Virus record (IMG/VR): IMGVR_UViG_3300021256_000063
Coordinates: 64,001-128,000 of that record
DNA from: a virus
Lineage: Duplodnaviria; Heunggongvirae; Uroviricota; Caudoviricetes
Reading direction: 5' to 3' (one strand)
DNA length: 64,000 nucleotides
In this document: piece by piece, positions 35,368 to 46,900 of the stretch
Layout: the number at the start of each line of letters is the position of its first letter
Position numbering within the stretch: the stretch's first letter is position 1
Program-made: the position numbers and the translations under genes
Notes under the pieces: model-generated
The model's input: the letters and a program-made list of their open reading frames with translations, nothing else
Told to the model about the DNA's origin: nothing
Database searches by the model: none

Positions 35368-37944
35368 TTAATTACCTCCTGTTGAAGCTGCAAGAGTGTT
35401 AAGGGCGTCCGCTAAACTGACAATAGTACAATTGGTATTTGGCACAATTGTTTCACCTTTGCTAATAGCAGTAGATGCTTTATAAAGGGTATTGCCGATA
35501 GTAAAATATGCATCTTTAGAGATGTTGGTGTTTGCTATCATATCATCTTCTGTAGAGCGGGTAAGGTTATCTATGTACAGTTTCGTATCCGCTCTATACT
35601 CCACCTCAGAATCTCCCGTATCTGCCCAGAGGTTGTTTGTCCCAAGGAGGGAAGTGATTTCCTGCGGCGTTAACTGGTAGGTGATGGGATTGGCGAGGGG
35701 AATTTCAAAGGATACATTTTCAATGCCGCTGTTTGTTCGGAAATCCTCTATGGTTGTGAAGCGTGTATCCTTGAGAATAATAAAAGACTCTTGCGCGGAG
35801 TAGTTAACAAGTCCAACAGAAAATTCTCCGTCAACAATATCTGTATATTTTGTCCCGTTAAAATGCTTATACGCAGAGCAGATGACATCATACCCACCGA
35901 CTATTGGGCTTGCCAGATTTGCAAGGATAGGATTGTCCCTTTTTCTCGACCAGAACATGGCAAGATTGCTGTTATAGCTCCAGTAGGATGTAGGAATTTG
36001 CACAACATTTTTGTCAACTGTCAGCACACCCGTAACCACATCCAGTGTGCCACTGTAGACAGTCCCCGCCTCAGTCGGGAAGGTGATATTGTAGGTGTCG
36101 CCGGAGTAGGGTTCGTAGTCAGTGGCGGTGGAGCCGAGTTCTATCATTGGGCGATTCAATTCTATCGTTCCATTGTCCGATGAATTGATATACCACACAA
36201 GGTATTTTTCACCATTTTGAGGCGTTAGTGTCCACGGTGGGTTTATGTTCCAACGACCATACTTTCGCGTAATCCTATAATTGCTATCGGTAAATAACAA
36301 TGCAGACCTTAATCCATTACTGGTGTTTAGCGAACCACTAAAAAACCCAGATAAGGTTATCGTCTGCCCAACCAACGATTCAATGTCGAGCATCATACAC
36401 ATAGCAATGTTCCAACTACTTCCCGTTTTGCTGTAGACACTTCCGTTTTTCGTTACGCTTTCGGTCACATTAACAACAGAATTGGCAAACACTTCACCCA
36501 CGTCTTTGCCGTAGTTGAATCCGGTATAAAACTTTGGTTCAAGCAGATTCTTCCCAGTCCTCGTCACCTTTGCCCCTGTCCATCCAGTGATGGGGCGAAC
36601 ATTATCCGGACTCGGGTCGCCGCTTCCTGCCTGCACAGGCTCGATATGCACAAGCACATCTTTCATGGGGATGGAGTCGGCACCATCGGGGAAAGACGCG
36701 ATTGAACCGCTTGCAGTATCAGCGGGAAAAACTTTGTAGTAATCCGCAAGCGTGACTTCACCGGGGTCACCTTTGTCGCCCTTTTCTCCGGTATCGCCTT
36801 TATCACCCTTATCACCTTTCTCGCCCTTCTCACCTTGGACGCCTTGGATGCCTTGAATCCCTTGATCACCCTTATCACCTTTGTCACCTTTATCACCCTT
36901 TACACCTTGGACACCCTGTTCACCAGTATCACCTTTATCGCCTTTTGCTCCGTCATTAATGGTCGCTATAACCTGACCATCTACACTAACAGATGTAATT
37001 GTCCCAGTTTTAGATGCCGTTACGACAGGTGAATGACCATCGTTTCCTGTATCACCTTTGTCACCCTTTTCGCCTTTCTCACCAGTATCACCTTTGTCTC
37101 CAGTGTTACCTTTATCACCTTTATCACCTTTGTCACCCTTTTCGCCTTTTAAAGATACCAATTGTTCAGGTGTAAAATCAGAGTATGTAAACGCATCACC
37201 TTTATCACCTTTTGCTCCACGAATAGGCGTTGTAGTTGTAGAAGTTCCGTTGGTAAAATTAATTGTTAGTGTGTAATCAGAATTTAATACAGCGTTTTGA
37301 ATACCATTTCCTGTTTCACCAACATCGCCCTTTTCACCTTTTTCTCCACGTTCACCTTGGATACCTTGCGGGATACCGAATCTAAAAATCATATAATTTT
37401 CTTCATCAGTATCTACCTTTTCTTTGTCAACAGTAGCCTCAGACCCAGCTGGAAGAGTAGTTGCAAGTGCCGTAAGATTATTAAAAGATTCTTCAATTCT
37501 TTCAACCTTTTTCTCACGTTTAATTACTTCGTCCATTTTAGTATTAATACCAGTTTCAGCATCCTGAAGTGCTACGATAGCTTCTGCTACGATATCTCTC
37601 TTTTCAGGATCGACATCATAATCCAATGGTTTCTGACGTGTCCTAAGAGGAATTTTGACAAGATATTTTGATGTAATATCTGAAGGTTCGACACGCTTCA
37701 TAATCCAGATATAAATCATCTTGCCAGATTCAAAATACCCATCTGGGATTACAAACTCATAATCGTGTCCCAGATATCTCTTAGCACCACGTTCTCTATC
37801 ATTAGATACCTCAACTTCAAATGCTGCTGGCAGGTTATAGATTCCACTAATCTTTAATACCTGTCCACGATTCCATTGGGTACTGGGCTTCGTTGTAATT
37901 TCTGTGTTGTGGTCAAAGGTGGCGTTAATCACATTATCGTTCAT
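35368..37944 (-). CDS. collagen-repeat tail fibre/adhesin with variable C-terminal module
   Basis: (G-X-Y)n GEKGDK tracts, PITGWTG..TRTGKNL and ELGSTATDYEPY anchors; start ATG 37944 after GAGGTG. Confidence 0.8.
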   Translation of the reverse strand: MNDNVINATFDHNTEITTKPSTQWNRGQVLKISGIYNLPAAFEVEVSNDRERGAKRYLGHDYEFVIPDGYFESGKMIYIWIMKRVEPSDITSKYLVKIPLRTRQKPLDYDVDPEKRDIVAEAIVALQDAETGINTKMDEVIKREKKVERIEESFNNLTALATTLPAGSEATVDKEKVDTDEENYMIFRFGIPQGIQGERGEKGEKGDVGETGNGIQNAVLNSDYTLTINFTNGTSTTTTPIRGAKGDKGDAFTYSDFTPEQLVSLKGEKGDKGDKGDKGNTGDKGDTGEKGEKGDKGDTGNDGHSPVVTASKTGTITSVSVDGQVIATINDGAKGDKGDTGEQGVQGVKGDKGDKGDKGDQGIQGIQGVQGEKGEKGDKGDKGDTGEKGDKGDPGEVTLADYYKVFPADTASGSIASFPDGADSIPMKDVLVHIEPVQAGSGDPSPDNVRPITGWTGAKVTRTGKNLLEPKFYTGFNYGKDVGEVFANSVVNVTESVTKNGSVYSKTGSSWNIAMCMMLDIESLVGQTITLSGFFSGSLNTSNGLRSALLFTDSNYRITRKYGRWNINPPWTLTPQNGEKYLVWYINSSDNGTIELNRPMIELGSTATDYEPYSGDTYNITFPTEAGTVYSGTLDVVTGVLTVDKNVVQIPTSYWSYNSNLAMFWSRKRDNPILANLASPIVGGYDVICSAYKHFNGTKYTDIVDGEFSVGLVNYSAQESFIILKDTRFTTIEDFRTNSGIENVSFEIPLANPITYQLTPQEITSLLGTNNLWADTGDSEVEYRADTKLYIDNLTRSTEDDMIANTNISKDAYFTIGNTLYKASTAISKGETIVPNTNCTIVSLADALNTLAASTGGN
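36757..37377 (-). repeat. collagen-like GXY coding repeats
   Basis: Tandem TCACCTTT(A/G)TCACC-type units on + strand. Confidence 0.85.
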
Positions 37945-37961
37945 ATAAATCACCTCTTTAA

Positions 37962-38705
37962 TTACCATTTGTCTATGCCGTAAAGTACATTAATTTGTTT
38001 CTGTACGACATCATACCAGATGCCAAGCTTTTGTCTGCGTTCATCATCATTTCCGTAATTAGATTTGCCATTCTTGATATCTTGAGCGGTATTGATGACC
38101 CAGTTAATTTTAGCTTGTACAGCATCAGGATCGTAGCCGCTCATTGCAAGCTGGTCATATCTAGTAGTGCCTATTTTAGCGCCTTTTCCGTATTTACCTT
38201 TTAATACATTCATAACAACAGTAGGCGTCACTGTATTATATGAATTATATTTAGGGCATCCGTAACCGTGAATGTTTGAGGCATGGATTTTTCTGGTTCG
38301 GAATCCAATACCGCCAAGATAGTTGCCTGAGAGCGCTACAAATGTACCTTTTGTTTTATTTACAGAAAACACCATTTCAGTATGGTTAGGGTTACCGTGG
38401 CTATCTTGGAAAATTGCGATGTCTCCAACATTAGGGATTCTATCATGTCCGCTTTTCCAAATACCTAATTGTTTAAAGTGGCGCTTGTGATCACCAGAAG
38501 ATTGAGCAATGCCACCGATTAGTTCAGTGGCATTTGCTTTAATAAATCCAGCACTCACTGTTTCAGAGCACCATGCTCTTCCGTCCGTTTTTGATTTGCC
38601 ATGTTTTGAAGCAAATGTATTGTAAATTTCTTTCACTCTCTGTTTAGCGCCAGAGCCTTTGAGAGAGTGAATGATTGTAAGAATTAATTTTGGCGTAACT
38701 TTCAT
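37962..38705 (-). CDS. endolysin, CHAP catalytic domain plus CW_7-like repeats
   Basis: AWCSETVS (Cys), NHTEMV (His), VLKGKYGKG...GYDPDAVQAKIN and YGNDDERRQKLG..YDVVQKQIN. Confidence 0.85.
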   Translation of the reverse strand: MKVTPKLILTIIHSLKGSGAKQRVKEIYNTFASKHGKSKTDGRAWCSETVSAGFIKANATELIGGIAQSSGDHKRHFKQLGIWKSGHDRIPNVGDIAIFQDSHGNPNHTEMVFSVNKTKGTFVALSGNYLGGIGFRTRKIHASNIHGYGCPKYNSYNTVTPTVVMNVLKGKYGKGAKIGTTRYDQLAMSGYDPDAVQAKINWVINTAQDIKNGKSNYGNDDERRQKLGIWYDVVQKQINVLYGIDKW

Positions 38706-38935
38706 TTATATCACCTCGATATTTAATTTATTTATAGTTTAATTGCAAATATATGACCGCCTTCGATATGCGAAATAGTGTAATATTCATAACATCTTTA
38801 TGTTATTGTTACGGCTGTTGAGCCTAAAAGCTGTCTACATACGGCCTTATTGATACCGTCCATTATTCATGTTGTATGTGACAACGGTTACTGTCGGATT
38901 ATAAGCGCACCACTGCCCCCATCGGAAGCGAAGGG

Positions 38936-39295
38936 TTATGCGATGCGGATTGCTGTCAGTGAGCCACGCTCGATATACGAAAAAGTTGCCTGTGCAGACT
39001 GTGCGCTTCTTACAGCTGTAGATGTTGCAGTTGTCGTGAGAGTTGTCGCAAAAGAGCCGCCTCCCGCACCAATTACCTGTGAGAATTTTCCAGCAACAGA
39101 GATACTAAAATACTCTGTTGATGCGGGCGGAGTAATCACCAACAAAATGTATGTACCTGCAGGAATAGTTATGGGACTGGTAAGCTGTGTTGAGTTTGCA
39201 TGACTCTCTGTCGCTATCCACGGTGCTGTGTACACCGTACCAATTACACCCACCTTCTCGCACAGCTTTGTCAGCAATTTTTTAAGATCCAGCAT
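38936..39295 (-). CDS. small tail-fibre-associated protein (GC-rich)
   Basis: MLDLKKLLTKL N-terminus, GGGGTG SD. Confidence 0.65.
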   Translation of the reverse strand: MLDLKKLLTKLCEKVGVIGTVYTAPWIATESHANSTQLTSPITIPAGTYILLVITPPASTEYFSISVAGKFSQVIGAGGGSFATTLTTTATSTAVRSAQSAQATFSYIERGSLTAIRIA

Positions 39296-39408
39296 ACGCT
39301 CACCCCCTCTCCAAAAACATTAATATACAAGTAATTGGCAGGACACACGTCACAATACAGTGTATCATGACATGTGCCCAGTTTTGTTTCTTTATTAAGG
39401 TTCGACAT
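39271..39408 (-). CDS. 45-aa Cys-containing ORF overlapping next gene
   Basis: AGGAGGT SD; MSNLNKETKLGTCHDTLYCDVCP...CWILKNC. Confidence 0.35.
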   Translation of the reverse strand: MSNLNKETKLGTCHDTLYCDVCPANYLYINVFGEGVSVCWILKNC

Positions 39409-39422
39409 TTAATTACCTCCTG

Positions 39423-39689
39423 TTACTCCATTCCCTCTATTGCGTTTTCAGGGGGTGTAATAGGCGTATGAGTGTAACATTTGTCCATAATCCTATTCCC
39501 TTTTGAAGAGAATAAAATTGCCGCATGCTCAAGATTATCAGACACAGCCGCTCTCGAAAGAATTTCATAAAAAGCCGCTTCGCCTTTAAGTTGTGCTTGG
39601 TATTCATTTTCATCCCAATACCAGTGGATGTCATGTTCAAATTCACCCGATTGTGTTTTTTTAATTTCTGCTGTATAAAATTGATACAT
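39423..39689 (-). CDS. small tail-associated protein (paralog of 35108-35365)
   Basis: See paralog; AAGGAGGT SD. Confidence 0.7.
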   Translation of the reverse strand: MYQFYTAEIKKTQSGEFEHDIHWYWDENEYQAQLKGEAAFYEILSRAAVSDNLEHAAILFSSKGNRIMDKCYTHTPITPPENAIEGME

Positions 39690-39702
39690 ACTTTTTACCT
39701 CC

Positions 39703-40962
39703 TTATACTAATACGTCTCCTTGCCAACCAAGAGCTGCAATAGCGTCATATAATTTTGCATCTGTTGTACCTGATGAAGCAGATGTATTTAAATATAAAC
39801 AGACATTACCTGTTTTGTCTATTGTAATTAAACGAATGTTTGTTTGGATTGAAGGGAATGCTAAATAAGTGTTTGTTCCATCATAGAATTCAACTTTAAA
39901 ATCATATGCATTATCACCGATATTATTTATTGTTAAAGTAGTATTACCTGAATTACCAGTAACATTTTGAGTTAATACAGGTGATGTTGGATAGGAGACA
40001 GCACCTGCTTCTTTTTGATATATTCTAAATATACGGTCTGTAGTGGTTGCATCAGTAGCCCATCGAATATCAAAAGAAGCGTTTTCACCATCTTCGTCTG
40101 CTGTACCAGATGTTGAACGGTATGCTGAGACGTCATATGTAAATAAGACGTTGCGTTGCCAAGTACCCGCACGTTGAGCGTTGGTTAGTTCGGAAAAATA
40201 TGCGTCTGCATCAACTATTGAGGAAATTATAATGCCATTTGTAATATTTTTAGCTTCGCCTATCTCCGTCCGAGATACGTCATAAACATTAACAGCATAT
40301 TGAGAACATGGTTTTAGATAAAAATTATTTCCTAATTTGATTGTGGTTAAAAGCGTAGTTTGGTTAAATATATTATCTAATCCCCAATAATTTGAGTGTT
40401 CACGATCAAAAGAGCAACCTGTTGTATTGAAATTTGTTAGGTCTAAGCTTGTTAACGATTGACAATAAGCGAACATTGATCCCGCTGTTTTTAGTTTGTT
40501 TGTAGATTTTATCCCTGTTATCGAAGTCAAACCAGCAGACTCAAACATATAATTCATATCTGTTACATTTGTAACATCTAGAGAACTTACATCAATTGTA
40601 TGCAGTGAAGAACAATAAGCAAACATGCTTGTAAGTTTTATTGCTCCTTTAATTGAACTTAATCCAGATACACTTGTTAATTTACTACAGCCATAAAACA
40701 TACCGGTAAATTCGCCCGAATAGGGGCTACCAAAAAAAGTATATGTATTTGTTATAGATCCGGATAAAACGACACTTGTTATATTTATGCGATAAGCATA
40801 CCAAGGCCAACGAAGGTCAGTCTGTGTCAAGTCATACCAGTTTGCGTACCTTGAATCAAACTGTAAATCCCCACTACTCCCACTAGTAGGTTTAATTGTT
40901 AACTTCCCATTATCATCTATATTCCAACTACATGTTCCTTGTGTTCCACTTGCTATCGCCAT
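39703..40962 (-). CDS. BspA/DUF285-like leucine-rich-repeat protein in tail module
   Basis: W.I...G.LTIKP N-terminus; repeats MFYGCSKLTSV, MFAYCSSL..IDVSSLDVTNVTDMNYMFES, MFAYCQSLTSLDLTNFNT. Confidence 0.8.
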   Translation of the reverse strand: MAIASGTQGTCSWNIDDNGKLTIKPTSGSSGDLQFDSRYANWYDLTQTDLRWPWYAYRINITSVVLSGSITNTYTFFGSPYSGEFTGMFYGCSKLTSVSGLSSIKGAIKLTSMFAYCSSLHTIDVSSLDVTNVTDMNYMFESAGLTSITGIKSTNKLKTAGSMFAYCQSLTSLDLTNFNTTGCSFDREHSNYWGLDNIFNQTTLLTTIKLGNNFYLKPCSQYAVNVYDVSRTEIGEAKNITNGIIISSIVDADAYFSELTNAQRAGTWQRNVLFTYDVSAYRSTSGTADEDGENASFDIRWATDATTTDRIFRIYQKEAGAVSYPTSPVLTQNVTGNSGNTTLTINNIGDNAYDFKVEFYDGTNTYLAFPSIQTNIRLITIDKTGNVCLYLNTSASSGTTDAKLYDAIAALGWQGDVLV

Positions 40963-40966
40963 ATAA

Positions 40967-43900
40967 TCACCTCCTTAATCCGATTACCAATTTTCCATCC
41001 GATGCATTCCTTATTGAATAATTACTAATATAAAAAGCGTCTGCTACTTCTGCGTTAATCGTATATAATTTATCGGGGGATATATAAGTTATAATATCAT
41101 CGCCCTTGGCAAAAGTGATTTGGTTAGCCGCAATTGTTTGGTGCCAATCATTTGTGTCACCAATGACACTAGTAGCACCAAAACTCGCTAACACTTTATT
41201 ATCATTCCTAATGTCAACACTATCATTATCCAGAATAATATGTCCCTGATCTTCTTTACCAATCCTAATCTTCGGAATATTATTCTCAATCCATAACTTA
41301 ATATAACTAATTCCATTCTTAAACAGCTGTATAGCATCAGAAATAGCCCATCCACTTGTATCATCATCTTCAGGATGCACCATAATACCATCGTCATCAA
41401 TTTCTGTGATATATGCAGTCGCAAGTGCTTTAACACTATCATCATCCATACGCCAGACTTGACCATCAAATACAAATTTCTGAGTAGTATTTGCACGCCA
41501 GTTAAATCGGCTATTCGTAGTCAATTTAGCACCATTTGCATATATATCCTTAGCTAACGTTGAACCAACATTCATTGTTGCATCCGCAGCTGTATTGGTA
41601 TGAGTCATATTAACCGATATTGTAGTACCTTTACATATAACTGCTTCATTACATGTTACAGCCTTAGCCGCAGTACTCGCGCCAGTAGAACATGTACCAT
41701 ATAAAGCATAAGGAACATTCTGTGCAATCCATCCTGTACCATCATATACAAATTCCATTTTTGAACCAGCCGTCCAGAGTAGAAGATTAGTATCCGATGT
41801 AATAGTTTTATTAATATAGATTGCTTTAGCGCCTGTGTTATTAATGTCTAAAGTAGGAGCACTTGCTGTATTAGCATTAGTAAACGTGACTTGAATACGA
41901 GCACCTTCATATAACTCAAAATTTGTACAATCCGCTGTTTTAGCATTAGTCCCAGCCGCAGTGCTACATACGGCATAAGTTGCTTTAATTAAGTTCTCAG
42001 CATTCGCTCCAATTCTGGAAGCAGCTTCAGCAACTGTTACGAAGTTACCATTCTGGAATTGATAAATAGGGTGCTCCGCTTCAAGGTTAATTGCAGTTGT
42101 ACTATAAGCTGAACCTAATAATATATACTGGTGTCCATTATCTGAGGTTGGAACAGTCTGCGTTAATGGTGTAGTATCTATGGGAGTAAATGTAGTACCA
42201 TCAAGCGTACCCTCGATATATACAGGCTTATAAGGCGTTAATGTCATATTTTGTGTAGTAGTGACTGTAAAAGGAACTGTAAGATAGTTACTAGAACCAG
42301 TTGCATTAGCATTTAATGCTGCATCCGCATATAAAATAGGATAAGTAATATCCCAAGGTGTACCAGACTTTAAATGCTTGTAGCCGTCACTCGTACCTAC
42401 TATGATATTGTATCTTGCAATGGCTTCAGCGGCTTTAATGGTAGAATATTTAATTCTATCATATGTATTACCATTATTAGTTGCGTTCTGACCATTAGAA
42501 GTTATACCCAATTCAGTACATCCCACGTAATTGGTTGAACCTGTACCATCCATATCAGCATACTTAACAGGCGTATCAATCCAATCGACTGTACATCCAT
42601 CAACTTCTAATAAATCAACCTCAAAGGTACGCTTTTTGTTTGTATCAGTAGGAGACGTAGCACTCCTTAATCCAAAGCCCAATGCGTGTCCTTTTTTATT
42701 TGTTTCTATACCCGCTTGTGTTGCTCTGTACAAATTCAAGTAATAAATAGGATTAGAGTTATAATTTGCTACTATAGAATCATACGATATAAAATTACTA
42801 CGGCATCCATGAATGGTGATATCTACAGTCTTACGGAAGTTAGTGTCACTAGGAACAGATGCCTTAATTTTCATCTTAACCATCCACGGATCGGTATAAG
42901 TTGTAGGATGAACTTTAGCAAAATAAAGAGATGCATTTGCAATATCATTTGCCGTTCCTATAACGCCAGTAAAAGTTTTAGACGAAATTGGCTGAGTCGC
43001 TGCCAGAGCCTCATCTGCTGTAGTCTGAGCGGCATTAATTGACGAGTTAATGTCTTCTGGAGCAGGAGAGTACGTGCTCATAGTATTGCCACGCTCTAAT
43101 TTTGCCCACTCAACAGTAACAGAACTGGTGGCTCCAGACGTACCAATATATACATGTAATTTATCGTTAGCTACAGGTTCATCGTTTTGATATAACTTCC
43201 ATACGCCTGTCCATGTATAAATGACTGCTGTTTCTCCATCAGGCTCAATAGCTTCCCATTGACTTATAGCAAGATAACCACCTGAGTTATATATAGCCCA
43301 ACGTTTTCTATCAGCGGGAACCGTAGCTTTCATAGAGAATGTGACTACTTCACCCTCTTGGAGTTGCCGACCAGATTCAGATAAATCGTAATACATAGTG
43401 TAACCACTGTATGTCTTTTTCTGGGTATTAAGTAATAAATTGCGTTTTTCTGCACCTTCGATATTAACCTGTAAGTCTTCCAGTGCAGGTGACCAACTAG
43501 TTGCTTTATTACCACGTTCCAGTTGTAAATCCCAGAATTTTGCTGTGACAGATTGTGTGCCATCAGAATATGAATTAAATCTAAAGTTATAATATCTGCC
43601 ATCGTCATCCTGTGGTACATTAAATATGTGTAAGAACGAAGTGTGATTTTCACCTAAATCATTTGTTAAGAATCGAGAACGCTTCAAATTTCTTCTTGCA
43701 CGAGCGTCTTCCATCGTATCATATGCCTGTATCCAAAAACCTACTGTGTTTGGCGCTGTACCATCACTAGCATGGCGATTGTTCCATGGTAAATTAGACT
43801 GTGCTTGTAAGGTTATGACATCACCCGCTTTAAACGGTTCCACAGTATAAATACCACCCTTTGCATCGAAATTTTCAATATGATTATCTTTGCCCGTAGA

Positions 43901-46900
43901 TGTAGTGGTAAAAGCATTTTCTTCTGGATGAAAACGAGAGGCTGTTACAAACAAGTTTCTACCGCCAATTGACATATTATCAATAGCGGCTTGATAATCC
44001 GTAACTTTAACCCATTTACTACCATCATATCTATAGCTACTTCCGTCTGTAGCATCTACAAGATAATCGCCAGTCTCTACGTCAGTAAATGTATCTGTTG
44101 TCTTGCCATAGAACACTGTAGTTTTACCATCTACTTTATCAAACAGATCACCAGACGCAGAATATGTAGTCCATGTGTTATTGGAGGCATTATATCTATA
44201 CACATTATCTTTAGTATAAGTAGAAGTTGTTGTCCCTGTATAGCACCACAAATCACCATCATGAGTTGCACGGATGTCAGCAGTTGTCCATGCAGATGCG
44301 GGATTGGTTGATTGATAATAGGTTTGAATTTTTTCATCAATCTGAGATTGTAAATCTTCTTGTAAAGCAGAAATTTCAGCTTCAGTGTCTTCTGGTGCGG
44401 GAGTCCAGTCGGTTGCTTTAGTACCACGCTCTAACTTAGGCGCAGCCCAATATATGTATTTACCTTCTGTGCAATTGGTATTACATTCAAAACGAGTCAT
44501 AACAGCAGATGTAGCCTCTAACATCTCTTCTGTAACGACAAAAGTTTTTGAATATTGTGTCCATTCTGAAGATAAAACAGCAATTGTAGTACCGCCATAG
44601 TAACTGCCAACCCATACACCGTATATATTTCTTGGTTCTGTGTCGTCTGTCTTTGCCCAAATACTATAAGTTACTGAATCACCAGCTTTCACTAAATTTC
44701 TATCCAAAATTTGTTTTTTAAAATCAAATCCAATATCTGACCATCTAATCGATGATGTAAAAACTGTACATCCAAACAATGTTTCTTCAGTAGCAGTTAC
44801 CTTATCTTTATAATTTCCTAATGATACATCTTGTGTTCTTGTACCTCTTAATAAATTCTTTCCACCAATTTCAATCGCATCAATAGCCGATTTATAATCA
44901 CTAACTTTAACCCAAGCGCCACTATTCCATCTGTAACTGCTCCCATCTGTAGCATCAACTAAATAATCGCCCTCTTCTGCGCTTGTCACAGTAGTTGGCT
45001 CACCATAATAAATCGCCGTTTTATTATCAATTTTATCAAACAAATCTGTGTTAGCAGAATACGCTGTCCACTTATTTGTTGAAGCGGTATATTTGTAAGT
45101 CGTGTTATTTTTATAACTGGAAGTAGATTCGCCAGTGTAATACCATAAATCTCCATCATGCTGATTTTTAAGGTCAGTAGTAGTCCATGCTGTTGAAGGA
45201 TCGGTAGATTGACACCAAGTTTCAATCTTACCATCAATTTGGTCTTCGAGAGTTTCTTTAAGGTCACTAATACTTTTTAGTGTTACAACTTTATCATACG
45301 ACAGAAATTCTCCATTATAAAACTGATAAGCGGGGTTTTCTGTATTCAACCAAACTTGATAATTACTATATGCCATACCCACATAAATATAAACTTTATT
45401 ATCTGCTGATGTAGGTTCAGTCTGAGTCCACCACGTAGTTGTGTCAAAATAGAAAAGCCCATCCGCTTTAACTGTACCCACAAGATATACGGGTTTGTTG
45501 GTCGTTAATGTAGTTCCACAATTAGATGAATATCTAAAATCAAAAGGATATGCATCATATACTGTAGATGTATTTGCACCAGAAGCATATTCAGCACCAC
45601 CTGCGGAATAGATTAATTTTCCTAATATGTGTCCATTAGTGGAAACTGTTTTTGTGGTTGCTACAATATTAGCTTGATTTACAAATGAAACCCATGTATC
45701 TTGAGTGTCACGCATCAGTAACGTATATCTTTTAACTCCAAATGTACCTGCTTTTACAGAGTTATTATATTGTGTATAATGCGTATTAGTATTATTGGTT
45801 GCATTTTGTCCAGGGGATGCAACATATAATTCATTATATCCCGTATAATTTGTACTTCCCGTGCCATCCATATCCGCATACTTAACAGGAGTATCTAACA
45901 TTTCAATAGTACAGCCATCTAATTCTAGTATGTCTACTGTTATATTTCTTTTGTAATTTGCATCAGTAGGGTTTGTAGAATATCTTAGCCCAAAACCAAT
46001 TGCATGTCCTTTTTCATTAGTTTCTATACCAGCTTGTGTTGCTCTATAAAGATTCACATAATAAATGCCAATACTTCCTGTTCTGGTAGTATAAGAATCA
46101 TAACTACTGAACGAACTACCATAACCGCCAAGTTGGATATCAATTGTTTCAGCATAATCCACAGGTGCTGTTACACGAATCTTCATCTTGACTTTATAAT
46201 TAGATGTATATGCAGTTGGGTGTATTTTGGCAAAATAAAAGGAGGCATCTGCAAATGTATTGGCAGTACCGATAATTCCTGTGTATGTTTTTGTGTATAA
46301 TGGTTGCGTTGCTTCATATGCTTTTACAGAATATTCAAACGCTGATGTTGCGGAATAATCTACATATGGATCAGTTGATGTTTGATTATCATAGTAGGAA
46401 ATGGCGGTTTGACCTGTATCTGCGAAAATATTGTTTTCTTTACAGAGCATGGTTATCTCTTGAGGAGTGAGAGTATAAATCTGCGGAGTGGCGAGAGGGT
46501 AGACGATGGTTTCATTACCCATTATACTCGCCCACGTATTTACATCAGAGCCATAATTTTCATCGCGGATGCGGATACGTGATTGGAAAACCCCAATCGT
46601 GCCATTGACTTTCTGACTACCCGTTTCTGCGGCTGCTCCGCTTTTGTATGCAGAGCAAATCAGCCCGCTAAGCAGTGTTGTGGCAGAAGTTGGATTCTTG
46701 ATATTTGCAACATCTCTTTGGGTTCCAAAATAACCATAATAATTTGAGTAGTACCATGATAAATCAGAAATCCTCACCATCGCCCTATCTACGGTTAACT
46801 CACCTGTTGTTACATTTAATTGCCCACCATATACAGTGCCAGATTCTGAGGGGAAAGTAATGTCATAAGTCTGTCCGGAGTAGGGTTCGTAATCGGTGGC

